Source: Lama guanicoe (Eukaryota). Taken from it: a stretch of DNA of 64,000 nucleotides. Where the stretch lies: positions 6,127,220-6,191,219 of the forward strand of contig MU054323.1 of assembly GCA_013239625.1 (NCBI GenBank), in the 5' to 3' direction. The notes under the pieces are model-generated. The model was not told the origin of the DNA and made no database searches. It saw nothing but the letters and a program-made list of their open reading frames with translations. Position 1 is the first letter of the stretch. Every line of letters starts with the position of its first letter. Position numbers and translations under genes: made by a program. Shown piece after piece: positions 42,577 through 56,077 of the stretch.

Positions 42577-45124
42577 CTACAATTGAGGAGGAAAAAAACG
42601 CACTGCAGCAAGTAAAAGTTAGGGAAAAATCAGGCTTAAACAATTATATATTCTCTTTCCCAACATAAATCCTTTTTGGAATAAGGGTGTAATTCTTTAA
42701 ATAATACATGATTTTGGGGGTGGGGAGTTAAAATAAACAACTCAAATTAAATTTAAACCACAACTACGAAAGCCAAGTCACACCAGAGTATCATCTAATA
42801 AACATTTCTATAAAAGGACAAAAAAGCAATCACTAGCTTTAAGCACTAACTTAAAACAGTCTTCACTCTCTGTATGACAATCATTATTTTAAAATTTAGA
42901 GCTTTCAAAACGAGAAGGAAGCAACCCAGAAAAGCAGATAAACAAAGTGAGGCCAACCTATCTCATATTTGCCTCCCAATACAAAACATTTTCCTCAACA
43001 CTGCCTGAAATGTCTTATTTTTTTCTGTTACACTGCCTAAAATTCTATTAGAAATCAATCTATGTTATGACATTTTCTCTAAAAAATATAAACCCATTAA
43101 AAATGTAAAAGATCTAGTACCCTTTCCCATGTTAGACTGAATTAGTTTAATCTAATTACTTTCCTGCCAACATCTTGCTGAGACCAGCCACACTGAAAAA
43201 GCAGAAATTTTGAGATGGTTGAGTATAATTTGACAGCACCAGGCACTCTGAGAAGTAGGGGAGGGTAGGCAGACCATCGAACCCTCTACTCCCTAAGTAG
43301 GTGTACTCTAATAAGAGGAGGCCAAGAGGGAAGGAACACAAGGGCAAACTTGGACTGTTTCAGAACTTTACACAGAACCTGACCCATGACTGGGATCCTC
43401 AGGAGAACCTTCCTCCTCCCTCCTACATTAATCCTCTTAGTCCCAAACCTTCCTTGTCATCAATGCCTGTTTTATAGATAAATGATACAAGAACCAAAAT
43501 GTTGCCTTCATACCCATATACCATGATATATCTGAGAAATTTTATATTTCAGACAGCCTTTAGAGTAAACTTTATAGTTCAATTAATATATACCAGGAGT
43601 TTTGCTAGGACCATACTGATCCTCATTATCATACCCATGGACTTCTAGTGGCCCAAGAAGCTGAATTAGGGACCACTGCACTAGGTGACAGTACCTTGGA
43701 CACCTGAAGTTTTTATACAACAAATAGCTTCAAAGCTTTTAGATCACCAATTGAACATAATATTCATGGAAACCTTTTCTGCAAGCTTACAAAAATCTCA
43801 TAGTGAAGTAGCATTAAAAAGAACTCTGCCCTCCCACCCATTCTGCCTCATAACATAGATTTCTCCCTTTTCCCCACTCTGTCCCATTCATTACTTAACC
43901 ATAGCTTCAACACATTTTTTAAGTTCTGTCTACATGATAGCCCAGAATAAATAATGCCCTTAAAACTACTTTCTATTATTAAGCGTTGAAGAAAAAGGAA
44001 AATTCTCAACAGAAAGCATTCAAGAGCATTACATCTCTCTTTATCCATTAAAAGAACTCCAAGACTAAAGTAACACGACCTACTTTCTAATTCTGTCAGA
44101 GGACTCAAAAACTGGCATTCAATAAGTTGTTCCACACAGCCCAAATCCCAGCCTAACGCTATATACTCCACACAATTTACAGAGCATGATACATTTCAAG
44201 ACAGCCTAGTATAGTATAAGAGCATCTGTTCAGGAAGGAATTGGACACTGAACAGAGCAGATCTCTAACTCACCCCATTGCACTGTGGGCTAGAGAACAA
44301 TGAAAAGCAGGGCCAGAAACCCTCAATTCCCCCTTTCCGCCTCTCCTTAAAAAAAAAAAACAAAAACAAAAAAACAACCACATGGCCAAAGGAAGTCAGA
44401 AGTGGGCAGAGTGCTCTGACTCTTGGAAAACAAGGCAACTCTGACAGTGAGGATTCTGCTGCTTTCTTCCATCACTGGCCTCATGAAGCAGTAGAGCTTC
44501 TTAGACTAAACATCCCTCAGATTCAACTAACAACGACTGCGTGGCATGAACATACCTTAGCGTGTGCCAGGTAACATGAGAGGTGATTAACATACATGAT
44601 TTATCTAATCCCTGCAATGACATCATTCTGAAGTTTAATTTAGAAGATGAAAAAGACAGGGTTGGAGAGTACAAGTAATTAGCTCGGAGTCACTGGATTA
44701 TAATGAACAGGAGTAGTAGCTGAGTGGGAATCTACATGACTCATATACCGTACTGCTACAGCACCCAAGTCTTCTTAGCCCACCGCAGCCCCCACCCCAA
44801 TAATTCTGTTAGAAATCCATCTTTTTAACCCCTGTGGATTTACTCAGCTTTTAGTCACAAATCTGTCAGGAGAGGGATGATAATCAAGTGAGAAGCAGAA
44901 AAGTAAGCAGCCAGGAAAGCAACACATTCTAGATCATAAACTCTGAAACAGTCACCAAAATTTACCATGTATGTGTACGTTCTTCTAGAGAAGGGGTGAA
45001 AACTGCAACAGATTCTCAAAGGGGTGTAATTATCAGTTACTGCTACTGGGGACCAGACAAAACATGCACTTCATTAAATCTGGAGTTTAAACCTTCAGGA
45101 AAAACTGTAAAACATTAGCTCTAC

Positions 45125-45808
45125 CTTCTTTATCCAGTTCTGCATCTTTAACCTCCACATCAGGGCCAGGTTCTAACTTCTCATTATTGCTACATTCCAG
45201 TGCCTCTAGTTTCTCAGGATCATCTCCTTGATTTTCATTTGAAGTTTCTGGTTTTTCTTTTGACTGGTCCTCCAGAAGACTCTTTTGTTCAGAATTACAT
45301 TTATCTCCACTCCCACAGAAAGAAACTACTTCAGTTTTGCCATTCTGACACTCCAGAACTGGTATTCCTTCAAAACTGTCAGTGGAGGCCTCACCATTTA
45401 GACAGCCTCCTTTAAGGAAAGCTTCTTTCCTAGATGTCTGTTCTGGATTTAAAGAACTACTGCTGTTGACGAGTAGAGACTCATTTGAACTTTCCTCTTC
45501 AGTAGATGCAAAGTTCTCTTTTGTGCCCTCTCCATTGTTAAGCCTCTGCCCCTGGTCCATGTCCATGATGTCACAGGATGATTCATCATTGGTCATAGAT
45601 AAGTCTCCAGTCTCTTCTCCATTTTCTTCATGACAGTCAGTGCTTACCTCAAACTCTCCATTCTCTAGCAATTTCCTGTCTTCCATATGATTCTCATAGT
45701 CAGGAAATTTGGTGTCCTCTTCATCTTTTTTTAAATTATTGACTTTCCTTTTCTTAATAATTCCTTTACCCCACTGTGATCGCCGCCTTGATTTTCTCCG
45801 AACTCTAA
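45125..45808 (-). CDS. ATAD2B: ATAD2B large coding exon (basic NLS-like cluster plus acidic low-complexity linker)
   Basis: aatag| ... aag|gtagag; FRVRRKSRRRSQWGKGIIKKRKVNNLKKDEEDTKF...VKDAELDKE; 684 nt inside ORF 45087-45959. Confidence 0.94.
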
Positions 45809-48800
45809 CTATTTTACAAAAAAGGAAAAAAGATATGTAGAACTTGAAATACAATACTTCCTTATAAATGTTTATTAAATAAGATTCAAAAGAAAGTAAA
45901 TCTATACTAGTGCAACAAAAACTACTTAGCTCTTGACATCCATACTGACTAATCCACACAACCTACACGTAAATTGGATATGAAGTCAGGAATGAACTCT
46001 GAAGAATGAAAAAAATCAAATTTATTTCTTATGAGTTTACTCAGCACTCACTTTTACTACTGCCCTAGATTCTACTTTATAGTTTTTCCTAATTCCTAAC
46101 ATCTAGGGGCTATGCATACAATATACACATTTAGGGAATGACCACATTACCCGGCTGCCTGGAAGGTTTGGAGCAACAGCCCTGGGTTTCCACTAGGAAA
46201 TGAGTGCTTTGCCAGCAAGATCACCCAAAAGCTCTCAAACCATGAAAGCAAATAAAGGCATGATCCAGTATATGAAGACCGAATAGTAACAGATATCCCT
46301 ACAGAGAAACCTCTACTGCCCCTCCTTCCACAAGAAGGAATCACCTCCAGTAAGTATGGTCATGGATAGAAGCCCCAAGAAGGTTATATAGACAATGTGG
46401 TTGTACCGCACTGCTCCTTAATTAAGCAAAAAGTTAGCTTTTACTTTACAATTTGGGACATTTGCACAAAGAAATTTAAAAGCAAACTAGTTAAACTAGA
46501 GATCTATCACTTTTGATGTCTAACACCGAATTCTGAGTATCAGTTTGTTGAAAGCCATCAGAGTAAAAATAATTCATTTTTTCTGAGGCTATAAAAGAAT
46601 GTCAAAGTCTGGCTCAATTTAAAAAGAGATAATATATATTTTTAATATATCAAAGTTGAAAAGCTTCTTGGGCAAAGACATTTTAAAAAGAAAATACAAA
46701 CATGAGATCACTAAATGTAGACTGTTTAATCCACAGTTTAAAAATTGCTTCTGAAAGACAAATAGAAAGGAATATGGTCTGTGGACAACCTTCATTCCTT
46801 TATTCCAGCACTTAATAAAAACTTATGATCTATCAACAGTATATAGTTAGTGTGTTTATATACTTTTTTCATCCTTTCATCTTTAATACAAGGTGTTCAC
46901 AAAAAATGAACAAATTTTGTCATAAATATTACTCTTCTTTCTTATCTAAGAACAAAGCTACTAAAGGTTTCTGAAATCATTTCCAAAATTCAAGCTATTT
47001 AGTCACTTGGCTCAAAATATATTTTGCCTTCAAAGTTGTACTACCATTACAATCATCTCTCCATTCCTTTTTCCTCTATTAATTTCTATTTTCACAATTT
47101 ATAGTTACAGGGTAACTGGAAATGAAATTTCTGTATTAGTCTACTTTTAAAAGCACAGGCTAAAGTGACGGGCATTTGTTAGCAGTCCAATAACTATATT
47201 AAAAAACTGATCCAGTGCACATTAAAAATTAAAGAAAAATATTCAGCTTGTTCTTTCTCTAAAGAGTAGAACTGCTAAGTTTTACTATCCAACAAATCAC
47301 TGCTGACATTGTGTCCTCGCTTTTTCTCCAATAACTAAAAATACAATGGGTTCCCTTTTCTTTCCAAATGAAGCCATGGAACACAAGAGCAAGAAGCTGG
47401 ACCCTGCTCAATCAAGAGCCCCTCAATTACTTGATACATACTAGCACCCTAAGCAAAGGCTAGGAGCCCTACTGCAGCAAGGTTACTTTTAATACTTTCA
47501 GCCTGGCTAAGAACAAAGAAAATGTTCTTACCTTGGGGGAGGTCAAACTAGAGATAATTTCCCCCTCCTTATATAATTATTTCTAATGGTTAGTATGATT
47601 TTGGTAAAATAAGAGAAATTGATTGTATGGGCTCTACAAGAATAGGGATTTTTATTTTAGTCACTGCTGTATTTCCACAGCACCTGGCATGTGGTAGTAG
47701 TATATATTTATGGAAGTAATCTTTAATATACCACTTCCTTTTTCAGAGGTGCTTTGTGTGAAAAGTCCATTTCAGGCATAATCTTTAGAATCAATTTTTA
47801 TAGCATCTCTGAGCTTCTTTCCAAAACTAAGATCTTAGGAAAGTAACTTTTCCTTAGGGATATTTAGATTTATGATTTAAGTAACCTAATGTTAAACAGA
47901 CAAATGATGAGTTACATATGCCATCTACTGGTAAGAGAAATCAAAACTCACATTTGCAGATTTAAATAACATTTTAACTTAAAGGAACTTAAAACTGCTT
48001 GAAGCCAATATTCAATGTATTTTAGTTAGTATTTTCATCAGGTGCAGATAATGCAATGATTTCAAGGTTTAAATTAGAGTGCTGTGTTACATAATCCAGG
48101 TCATGATCCAAGGTACAACTAGGAAAAACAGCTTAAACAGTTTAAATATACCATTAAGTCCTTCAAATGTTCTCACACATAAACGCCACTTATCATAAAG
48201 AGAACAAGATTTTTAAAAATGAGCACAGTTCACTCATTCAAATTCAATGCCACTGGTGAAAGAACATATTATGGCCATCTTTACTGACAGTTGAAGCAGA
48301 ATTACCACCTTTCTGTCAGAAGAACAGCATATATCTTCCAAAGATGGCTATCTTCAGTGAAACATAAGCAATGTATTAGGAAGATGCTGTGTTTACTAAC
48401 ATTTGTTTTTTTTAAGAAACTTTATAGATCACCATGAATGAGGAAAAGTGAAGAAAATCTAGAACACTACATTTTCCCTTTCTAAATACATCTCACTGTT
48501 AAACAAAACCCAATAAAAAAGATTCTTCTCAGAAAAATCAACTTCCTACTGTCAATTCAGTCACTCTCTTAAGCCAGAGTTTCCGCTTCCCACCAGAACA
48601 AGAACATCCTGCATAGCATACAGCAAGGGGCTGCAGACAGCAAGGGTGAATGAAGAGTCTAGTGGCTCCATATCTCTATCCAAAAACCAAAGTTTAAAAC
48701 TGAAAAAATTCAAACCTGGTTACAACAACAAGCACTGAATGGAGACAGAAAAAAGCAAAGAAAGTTAAAGAAACGCATTCTGATTCAGCACCTTACCCCA

Positions 48801-48948
48801 CAAGCTCTTCACCTCTGAAAAGACAGAAGACTGAAGGAGCTGAGAAAAAACAGCAGTCCTCTGGTGTGTGCACCCAGCTCCTAACACATCTGCCTCCTTC
48901 ACAGCTGTTCCTTCACAACTGCTGGATAACATGATCTCAAATACTCAC

Positions 48949-49086
48949 AAGCACATTTACTTGCAGAGCTGTGCCAGACATCCGCTGGATTTCGTTGTTT
49001 GTGCCGAAATGCCTCTTCAACTCTAGTTTCTGTCTTTCGAGCTCCAGTACCATGAGGATTTATTTGTTCTGCTGTTACCGATAAGC
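48949..49086 (-). CDS. ATAD2B: ATAD2B coding exon
   Basis: tgcag| ... ctt|gtgagt; GLSVTAEQINPHGTGARKTETRVEEAFRHKQRNPADVWHSSASKCA; 138 nt, phases match both neighbours. Confidence 0.92.
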
Positions 49087-50064
49087 CTGCAAGCAGAAGA
49101 TAAGCAATACCTATTTAAATATTCCCAGCTGCATAAACTAACAAGGTTAAAAAAAAAGTCTGAAATACAGAACTGAGTTTTAAAGTCATTAATTATATTT
49201 GGACAGTTTGTAATTTGGATGAAAATAGTATCTTTTGTTTTAAGATGGGAAAGAAACTAGATATAAAATCATAAAAATAAAATGGCACTTTACATTTTTT
49301 TTACACTTCCCCAAAGGGACCCAGTGTTTATTCATTTTATTTTGCAAAGGGATACATTTCACGTTTTTATGACTGTGGGACAGTGAGATTATACACTGTC
49401 TAAGAGTCATGATTTCTGCCATCTTAGGAAGTACAAGCATTTACTGAGCCACTAAATCCCATTCACATGAACTGTCTCCATCTGACATTAGCTGCCTGGC
49501 ATACCACACAGTGTAAGTTTGGTTTTCCTGCACTGATCTTCATAGAAATAACCATTTCATCTCATTTTCCCTTACTAGATTTCTTTCTTCTATGTTGCCC
49601 TTAAATGTTGAGGGCTATCTCTGGAATACCTTTTCTTCTCACCCTAATCTACACCTCCCACCACAAAGTATCATCCATGCCTTCAGCTTCTACTGCCATT
49701 ATATAATCATTCCCAAATTACATCTTTAGCCCAAAACTCTGCTGAGCTTCTGATCCATATCAATTGCCTACTTGATACTTCCAACTGGACATCCTTAAGA
49801 CAGGTGAAATAAAAGATAATTGATTTATCTTTCCCACAAAAAAACCTGTCCTTATATAGAACCCGTCTCTACTGGTGGTATTAACATCTACTAAGTCACT
49901 AAACCAGTAATATGGCAGCCAGTTTTGACTCTTCCTTTCCTTCCTTCACAACGCCCTCCACCCTGTAGCTGCAGCTCTCATATTAATCCTACCTTCATTC
50001 CCAATTCACTAATTAAAAATCTGGACTACTCCAACAGCTTCCTCTGCCATCCCTCCTCACCCCT

Positions 50065-50610
50065 GCAACAGCTTTACTGAGGTATAATTTACGTAACATG
50101 AAAATCACTCATTTTAAGCATAATATTAAATGATTTTTAGTAAATTTCAGAGTTGTGCAAACACTACAGCGATCCAATTTTAGATAACTGTTCCAGGCAA
50201 CCACTAATCCACTTTTTGTCTCTACAGACTTGCCTTCTGTGAGCATTTCACATAAATGGAATCACGCGACATGTGGTCTTTTGTAACTGGCTCTTTCACT
50301 GAGCATTCTGTTTCTGAAGTTCACCCATGTTGTACCATGCACAGTACTTCACTCCTTTCTATAGTTGAAGAGTACACCACTGTAGAGTATACCCCGTTTT
50401 CCTGACCCATTCGTCAGCTGATGGACATCTGGGTTGTTTCCAGTTTTCAGTTGTGCATAATGCTGCTAGGAACATTCCTATACAAGTCCTTATATGGACA
50501 TATGTTTTCATTTCTCTTGGACAGATCCCTAGGAGTAGAATCACTGCATCCTATGGTAAATATTATGCTTAATTCTTTAGAAACTGCCAAAATGTCTTCC
50601 AAACTGGCTC
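50065..50610 (-). mobile_element. L1MB-like 3' end
   Basis: cagctttactgaggtataattta...; ORF 50359-50544 resembles the L1 ORF2 C-terminus (WKQPRCPS). Confidence 0.8.
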
Positions 50611-50739
50611 CAACATTTTTAGCTGGTCTCTTATCTTCCTACCCTGCCACACTGAGTATCTTGCTATTTCCTGCTGCCAAAGCAATTTACCAATCCGTTC
50701 CACTGCTTAAAATACTTCAGTGACTCCTGCTGACTATGG

Positions 50740-50890
50740 CAACTGTTCTCAAACTTTAGTGTACATAAAAACCACCTGAATAGTTTGTCAAAGTGCAGAT
50801 TTCTCAGCCTTATTACTCTCAGGGAGTTTAATTCACCAGTTCTAAGCTGATGGGGGAAATAGACACACACGTTTTGAAAAACACTGACCT
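50740..50890. mobile_element. MER5A-like hAT MITE
   Basis: Termini ctgttctcaaacttt ... ttttgaaaaacactg. Confidence 0.55.
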
Positions 50891-51969
50891 ACAGAGTAAA
50901 ATCCAAGCTCCTTAGCATGGCACTGATTCATTCAAATATTCATAGAAAGCCCGCTGTACACTAGAGACAGCTCTAGGGACTGCAGTAGAGCTATGAATAA
51001 GACATTCATAGCACTTACATTCTAAACAAGGAGGAGAGAAACAACAAAAACAACAAAGTGACAAGTGCTTTGGTGACCGGGGCCTATATTAGATTAGGTG
51101 GCCACAGAAGGCCTCACTAAGGAAGAAGAAAAGCATCTTTATAACTTCAAGGTCCTGGACCCAGCACACCTCTTAAGCTCTATTTCCCACCATATTGTAC
51201 ATCTTTAGCAATACCAATACCAGTTTGCAATTCTTTTAATATACCACATTATTTTCCTCTCTGTGCCTTTATACACACTATTGTGTGCCATGCTTGCAAT
51301 ACCTCCCCCGTCTCTGTCACTGCCTCCCTTCCTCTACTCTACTAGAGATAACACTCCCATATTCATTCCCTAAACTCTGATCAAAATGCTGGGTTTCCTA
51401 CCAGGAGATCCCTCCTCTGCACTATGCATAAGCTTCAATCATTGTAATCATTGATTTGTTTTACTACTAAACTTCTCTTTCCTACTAAAGTGTGAGTTCC
51501 TCAAGGACAGGATTATATACTGAATGAATAAATCACATCTGCTAATTCATTCTGTCTCTGTATTAATGAAACTGCACATAAACATCAATAGGTTAAAAAA
51601 AAACAAAGTATTCCTAAAAATATATTTAAGTACCAGTACTGGGATATAAATTGATGAAATAAACTCTTCAACTATGAAAGCCTATTTAAATCCTTTAAGA
51701 ATAGAAATCAATAATTAACAAAGATATATTCCTACAAAAGAAGTTTCACTAAAAAGTACTTTATTTCTGTAATTTGCAATGTCACACTAAAACTGTCATA
51801 GGAAAGTTTCATATTTCAAATAAAATTTTCAAATATCCTTGAGAATTTACATGACATATTTTAGTATCAGAAATTAAGTGAAGGCTGTGCCTCAAAATAC
51901 ATTTTCATAATACCAGCAACCCTAAGGAAACACCATTCAATGACTTCTTGGTCTCTAATGGTAACTTAC

Positions 51970-52092
51970 CTCTTTTTATTCTTGCTTCCTTAATTTCTTC
52001 ACATAGTTTATTAAATTCTGGATCTAATTCAGCTGCAATGATGGCATGTGCAGTGTCCTTCAGGGTACAAGCCCTGTGCCTAATTATTTTAT
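51970..52092 (-). CDS. ATAD2B: ATAD2B coding exon (end of bromodomain)
   Basis: Minus strand aacag| ... gag|gtaagt; DKIIRHRACTLKDTAHAIIAAELDPEFNKLCEEIKEARIKR; 123 nt; upstream exons lie beyond the window. Confidence 0.94.
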
Positions 52093-52682
52093 CTGTTAAA
52101 AAAGGTAGTAGATATTTATTATACATACAGATGAAGTAACATTAACAAGGGGCATCTTTAAAAGAAAAGTAAAAGAACACAAACATTTAAATAAAACTGA
52201 AAAGCATTTATAGGTAAGAAGCTCATTTAAATGAGTGAAAAAGAAATATAACAAACTACTCAATCAAGTTGACAATTAACTGATAACTGTACTTTTCAGA
52301 ACTTCAGAGAACAAATCATTACCTTAAAGATACAAGACTTTATTTTATATTTTTGAAAATAAAAATGCATGATTTTCAATAAAAATTTTTAAAAGATTTA
52401 GAGGATATTCACCATAGGCCCAGCACCAGAGCTGCCATAGATAGATACACAGATTTCAGAAAATCTTATGTAATTTTCTCCGTAAGAGAAAAGTAGTCAA
52501 AACTGTGCTAAAGAATATAATGTATACAAAGTAAGAGTGACCTATTAAAAAACTGTGATAGAGACATACACAATAAGACACTCTAAACTAAGAATGCAAG
52601 ATGATATATAAATTCCAGGTGGATCTAGGAGAGAAGTGCATACTCTGTTCTAGATAAACTATACCTCATATTGGTACTAAAA

Positions 52683-52730
52683 GAACGAGGGCTTCTCTGT
52701 TGCTTTACACCAACAGAGAAGCCCTCGTTC
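52683..52730. repeat. Perfect 20-bp inverted repeat with 8-nt loop
   Basis: gaacgagggcttctctgttg / ctttacac / caacagagaagccctcgttc. Confidence 0.97.
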
Positions 52731-53539
52731 ATTAACAATATGACATAAGCAGCGCCGCCTAGAGCTACACAACTTCAAGATACTACAAGTCAAGTAAATA
52801 TATCAAGGTCACTTAATTTTTAACAGTATTTAGAAATAGAATCCAAGTTACAAAATAATATCTGCTTTTTCATCTCTAGTAAAGACAAAAAGTATAATGA
52901 TGTATTTCATTTATAACTTTTCCTATTAGAAAGTCTAATAGCTAATTGTAGAAATCTTACAAAAACAAACATGCAGCACTCAAAAGGCAATCTACTGGTA
53001 TATTTCCTCCCAATATATTTTCTCTAAACATTCACTCAATAAATATTGATTGTCAGCTGTACCAGGAACTAAGTCAGGTGATGGCTACACAGCAGTGAAC
53101 AAAACAGACAGGTCTCTACTTTCAGAGCCATTTAGAGTAGTACAGGAAAAGAGGTATTAACCAAATAATCTCTCTTACACACATATAAACATCTCCTCCT
53201 ATGCCCGCCCATCATCAAAACCCTGTAACAGTGATGATGAAAACCTACAAGATACTTGTGTGGACACCAATTTTAAGTGAGCAAGTCAGGAAAGACCTCC
53301 CTGAGTTTACTGGCATTTACGCTGAGACTTTCAAGCATGAATTGGGGTAGCCACTGAAAGAGGGAAAAACCAGTGCAGGATCATTTGAGAAATCTCTGGG
53401 GTAAAAACATCCTGGAGATTTCAAGAAATCGAAAGGTAGCCTATGTGGTTAGAATAAGCAAGAGGCAAACAGGAATCCGAGCATATTGAAAGGATTTTAG
53501 AGTTTAATCTAAGAGCAATAAAAAGTCGTCTAAAAGATC

Positions 53540-55807
53540 TAAGCAGGGAAGTTTTCAATACACAGGTCTTGCTTATCTTTTGTCAGACTGATCTGTATTT
53601 CAAGCTTTTTCATGTTAATGTGGACAGCAATTTTTAATTTCAATTTCCTATTATTTGGAGCCAGTATATAGAAATACAACTGAGTTTTGTATATTGACTC
53701 ATATCCTGAAACCTCACTAAACTCACTTGTCATTTCTAATAGTGTTTTCGTAAATTTCATAGGCTTTTCTATGTAGACATCATGCTGTCTATAAATGAAG
53801 AGTTTTACTGTTTTGCTCCTTCCTTTCCAAACTGGACGACTTTTATTTCTTTTTCTTACCTTACTGCACTGGCTGGAACCTTCAACATAATGTTGGGTAG
53901 AGGTGGTAAAAGTGGTTGTATTTGCAATGTTTCTGATCCTAATGGGAAGCATTTAGTTTTCTGTCATTAAATATGATGCAAACTGTAGGCTTTTTGTAGA
54001 TGTCCTTAATCAGACTGAGAATGGTCCTTTCTAATCCTAGTTAGCTTACATTTAGTAATCAGGAATACATACTGATCTGTCTCAAATGCTTTTGTGCGCT
54101 GATTGAGATCATCATTTCTTAGTCTGTTAATACAGGGAATTACATTGATTGGCTTTCAAATTTCAAACCGACCATGCATTACTAGAATAAACCCTACCTG
54201 ACCACAAAGGTATCTTTTTAACTATTGCACATAACTTGCCAAAATTTTATGTTCATGAGGGATATTGGTCAATAGTTTTTGGTCTTTTTTTTTTTCCTTG
54301 TAATATCTTTTTCAGAGTAATGTTAACCTTATAGAACAGGTTGGAGAGAATTCTTTCCACTTCAATTTTCTGGAAAAGTTTATGTAGAACTGGTATTATT
54401 TCTTCCTTAATTGTTCAGTAAAATAAACCAGTGAAGCCATCTAAGTCTGAAGTTTTCTTAATGGGAATGTTTTTAACTATAGAAAAAACATTATCTATTC
54501 ACATTATACATTCCTTCCTTCATGAGCTTTTTTTTTTCTCTTTAGATAAATTGGACAAATTTGCTGAAGTTGTGAGATCTATTGGCATAAAACGGTTCAT
54601 AACGTTCCCTTACTGTTCTCTTAATATCTGTAGAATATGTAGAAATGTTATCTCCTTCATTCTTGCTAATGGTAATTTATGAATTCTTGTTATCCTAATC
54701 AGTTCCACCAGAGGTTTATCAGTTACTGATCTTCTAAAAAGAAACAGCTTTTCATTTCATTGGCTTTCTCAATGTTTTTCCCCCCGTTATTTTTTATTTT
54801 TTCCCTGTATGGATCACCTTAGATTTTTATTATTATTCCTTTCTTTTGCTTACTTTGGGTTTCATTTGTTCTTTGCTTCCTGGTTTGCCAAGTTGGGAGC
54901 TGAGGTGAGTGATTTAAGACCTCTCTTCTTTTTTAATTTAAGTACTTAGTGCTATAAATTTCTCCCTATGTAATGAATTAACTGCATCTCATAAATTTTT
55001 ATATTTCATTTTATTCACCTAAAAACTTTTAAACTTCTCTTTTGATTTCTTCCTTGAACAATGGGTTATTGAGAAGTGTGGTATTTAATTTACAAATATG
55101 TTTTCCAAATAACCATTTGTTACTGAGTTCTAATTTAATTCCATTATACTCAGAGAACATACTTTGTATGACTTGAATCCTTTTATATCTAATTAGACTT
55201 ATTTTATGGCTCAAAATATGGTCTATCTTGGTAAATAATCCTGTGCATTTGAAAAGAATGTGTTTATCTGTTGTCATTGGAAAAAGTGTTCTATAAATAT
55301 CACTTAGATCAAGTTGACAGATAGGGTTGTTCAAGTCTTCTGTATCATTACTGATCTGTGTATTAGCTTTATCTAGTTTTGAGAAAGGGGTATTGAAATC
55401 TCCAGGAAATTATAAATTTCTGTCTCTCCTTGCAGTTCTATCAGTTTTTGCTTCATGAATTTTGAAGCTCTGTTTTCAGAGGCATAAATGTCCAGAATTA
55501 TTATGCCTAGTTGATGACTGTGAAATAACCTTCTTTATCGCAGGTAATATTTTTGGTCTGAAATCTACTTTGATATTTATTTAATTACTTCAGCTTCCCT
55601 TTGCTTGGTATTTTATGGTCTTTTTCATGCTTTTCTCATAACACATTTGTAGCTTTATATTTAAAGTGGGTTTCTTGTAAAGAAAATACTAATTTGAAAA
55701 GATATATACACTCCAATGTTCACAGCAACATTATTTGCAATAGCTAAGATACAAAAGTAACATTAAAGGCCTATCAACAGATGAATGGATTAAGAAGATG
55801 TTACACA

Positions 55808-55840
<33 letters not shown>

Positions 55841-56065
55841 ACACACGCATGTGAAGTACTACTCAGCCATAAAAAAGAATGAAATTTTGCCTTTGCAACA
55901 ACATGGATGGACCTGGAGGTCCAACCTACAAACTAAAAAATAGGTTTCTTATAAAGGAGCCTCATTTAGTGCATTAGATAGAGTCAGTCTCATCAAGTGA
56001 GTTTCTTGTAGGCAGTATATGGTTGGGTCTTGCTTTTTTATCCAAAATGACACTCTGCTTTTTTG
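53540..56065 (-). mobile_element. Old L1 ORF2 remnant (EN to RT) with a nested insertion at 55680-55994
   Basis: ORFs 55029-55334 (DIYRTL..FTKIDHIL..IQSMFSEYNGIKLE) and 55949-56164 (WIKKQDPTIYCLQETHL) are L1 ORF2-like. Confidence 0.85.
55803..55851. repeat. Compound (CA)n(CG)n(CA)n microsatellite
   Basis: Direct observation; uninterrupted alternating purine-pyrimidine tract. Confidence 0.95.
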
Positions 56066-56077
56066 GGGGATGTTCTG

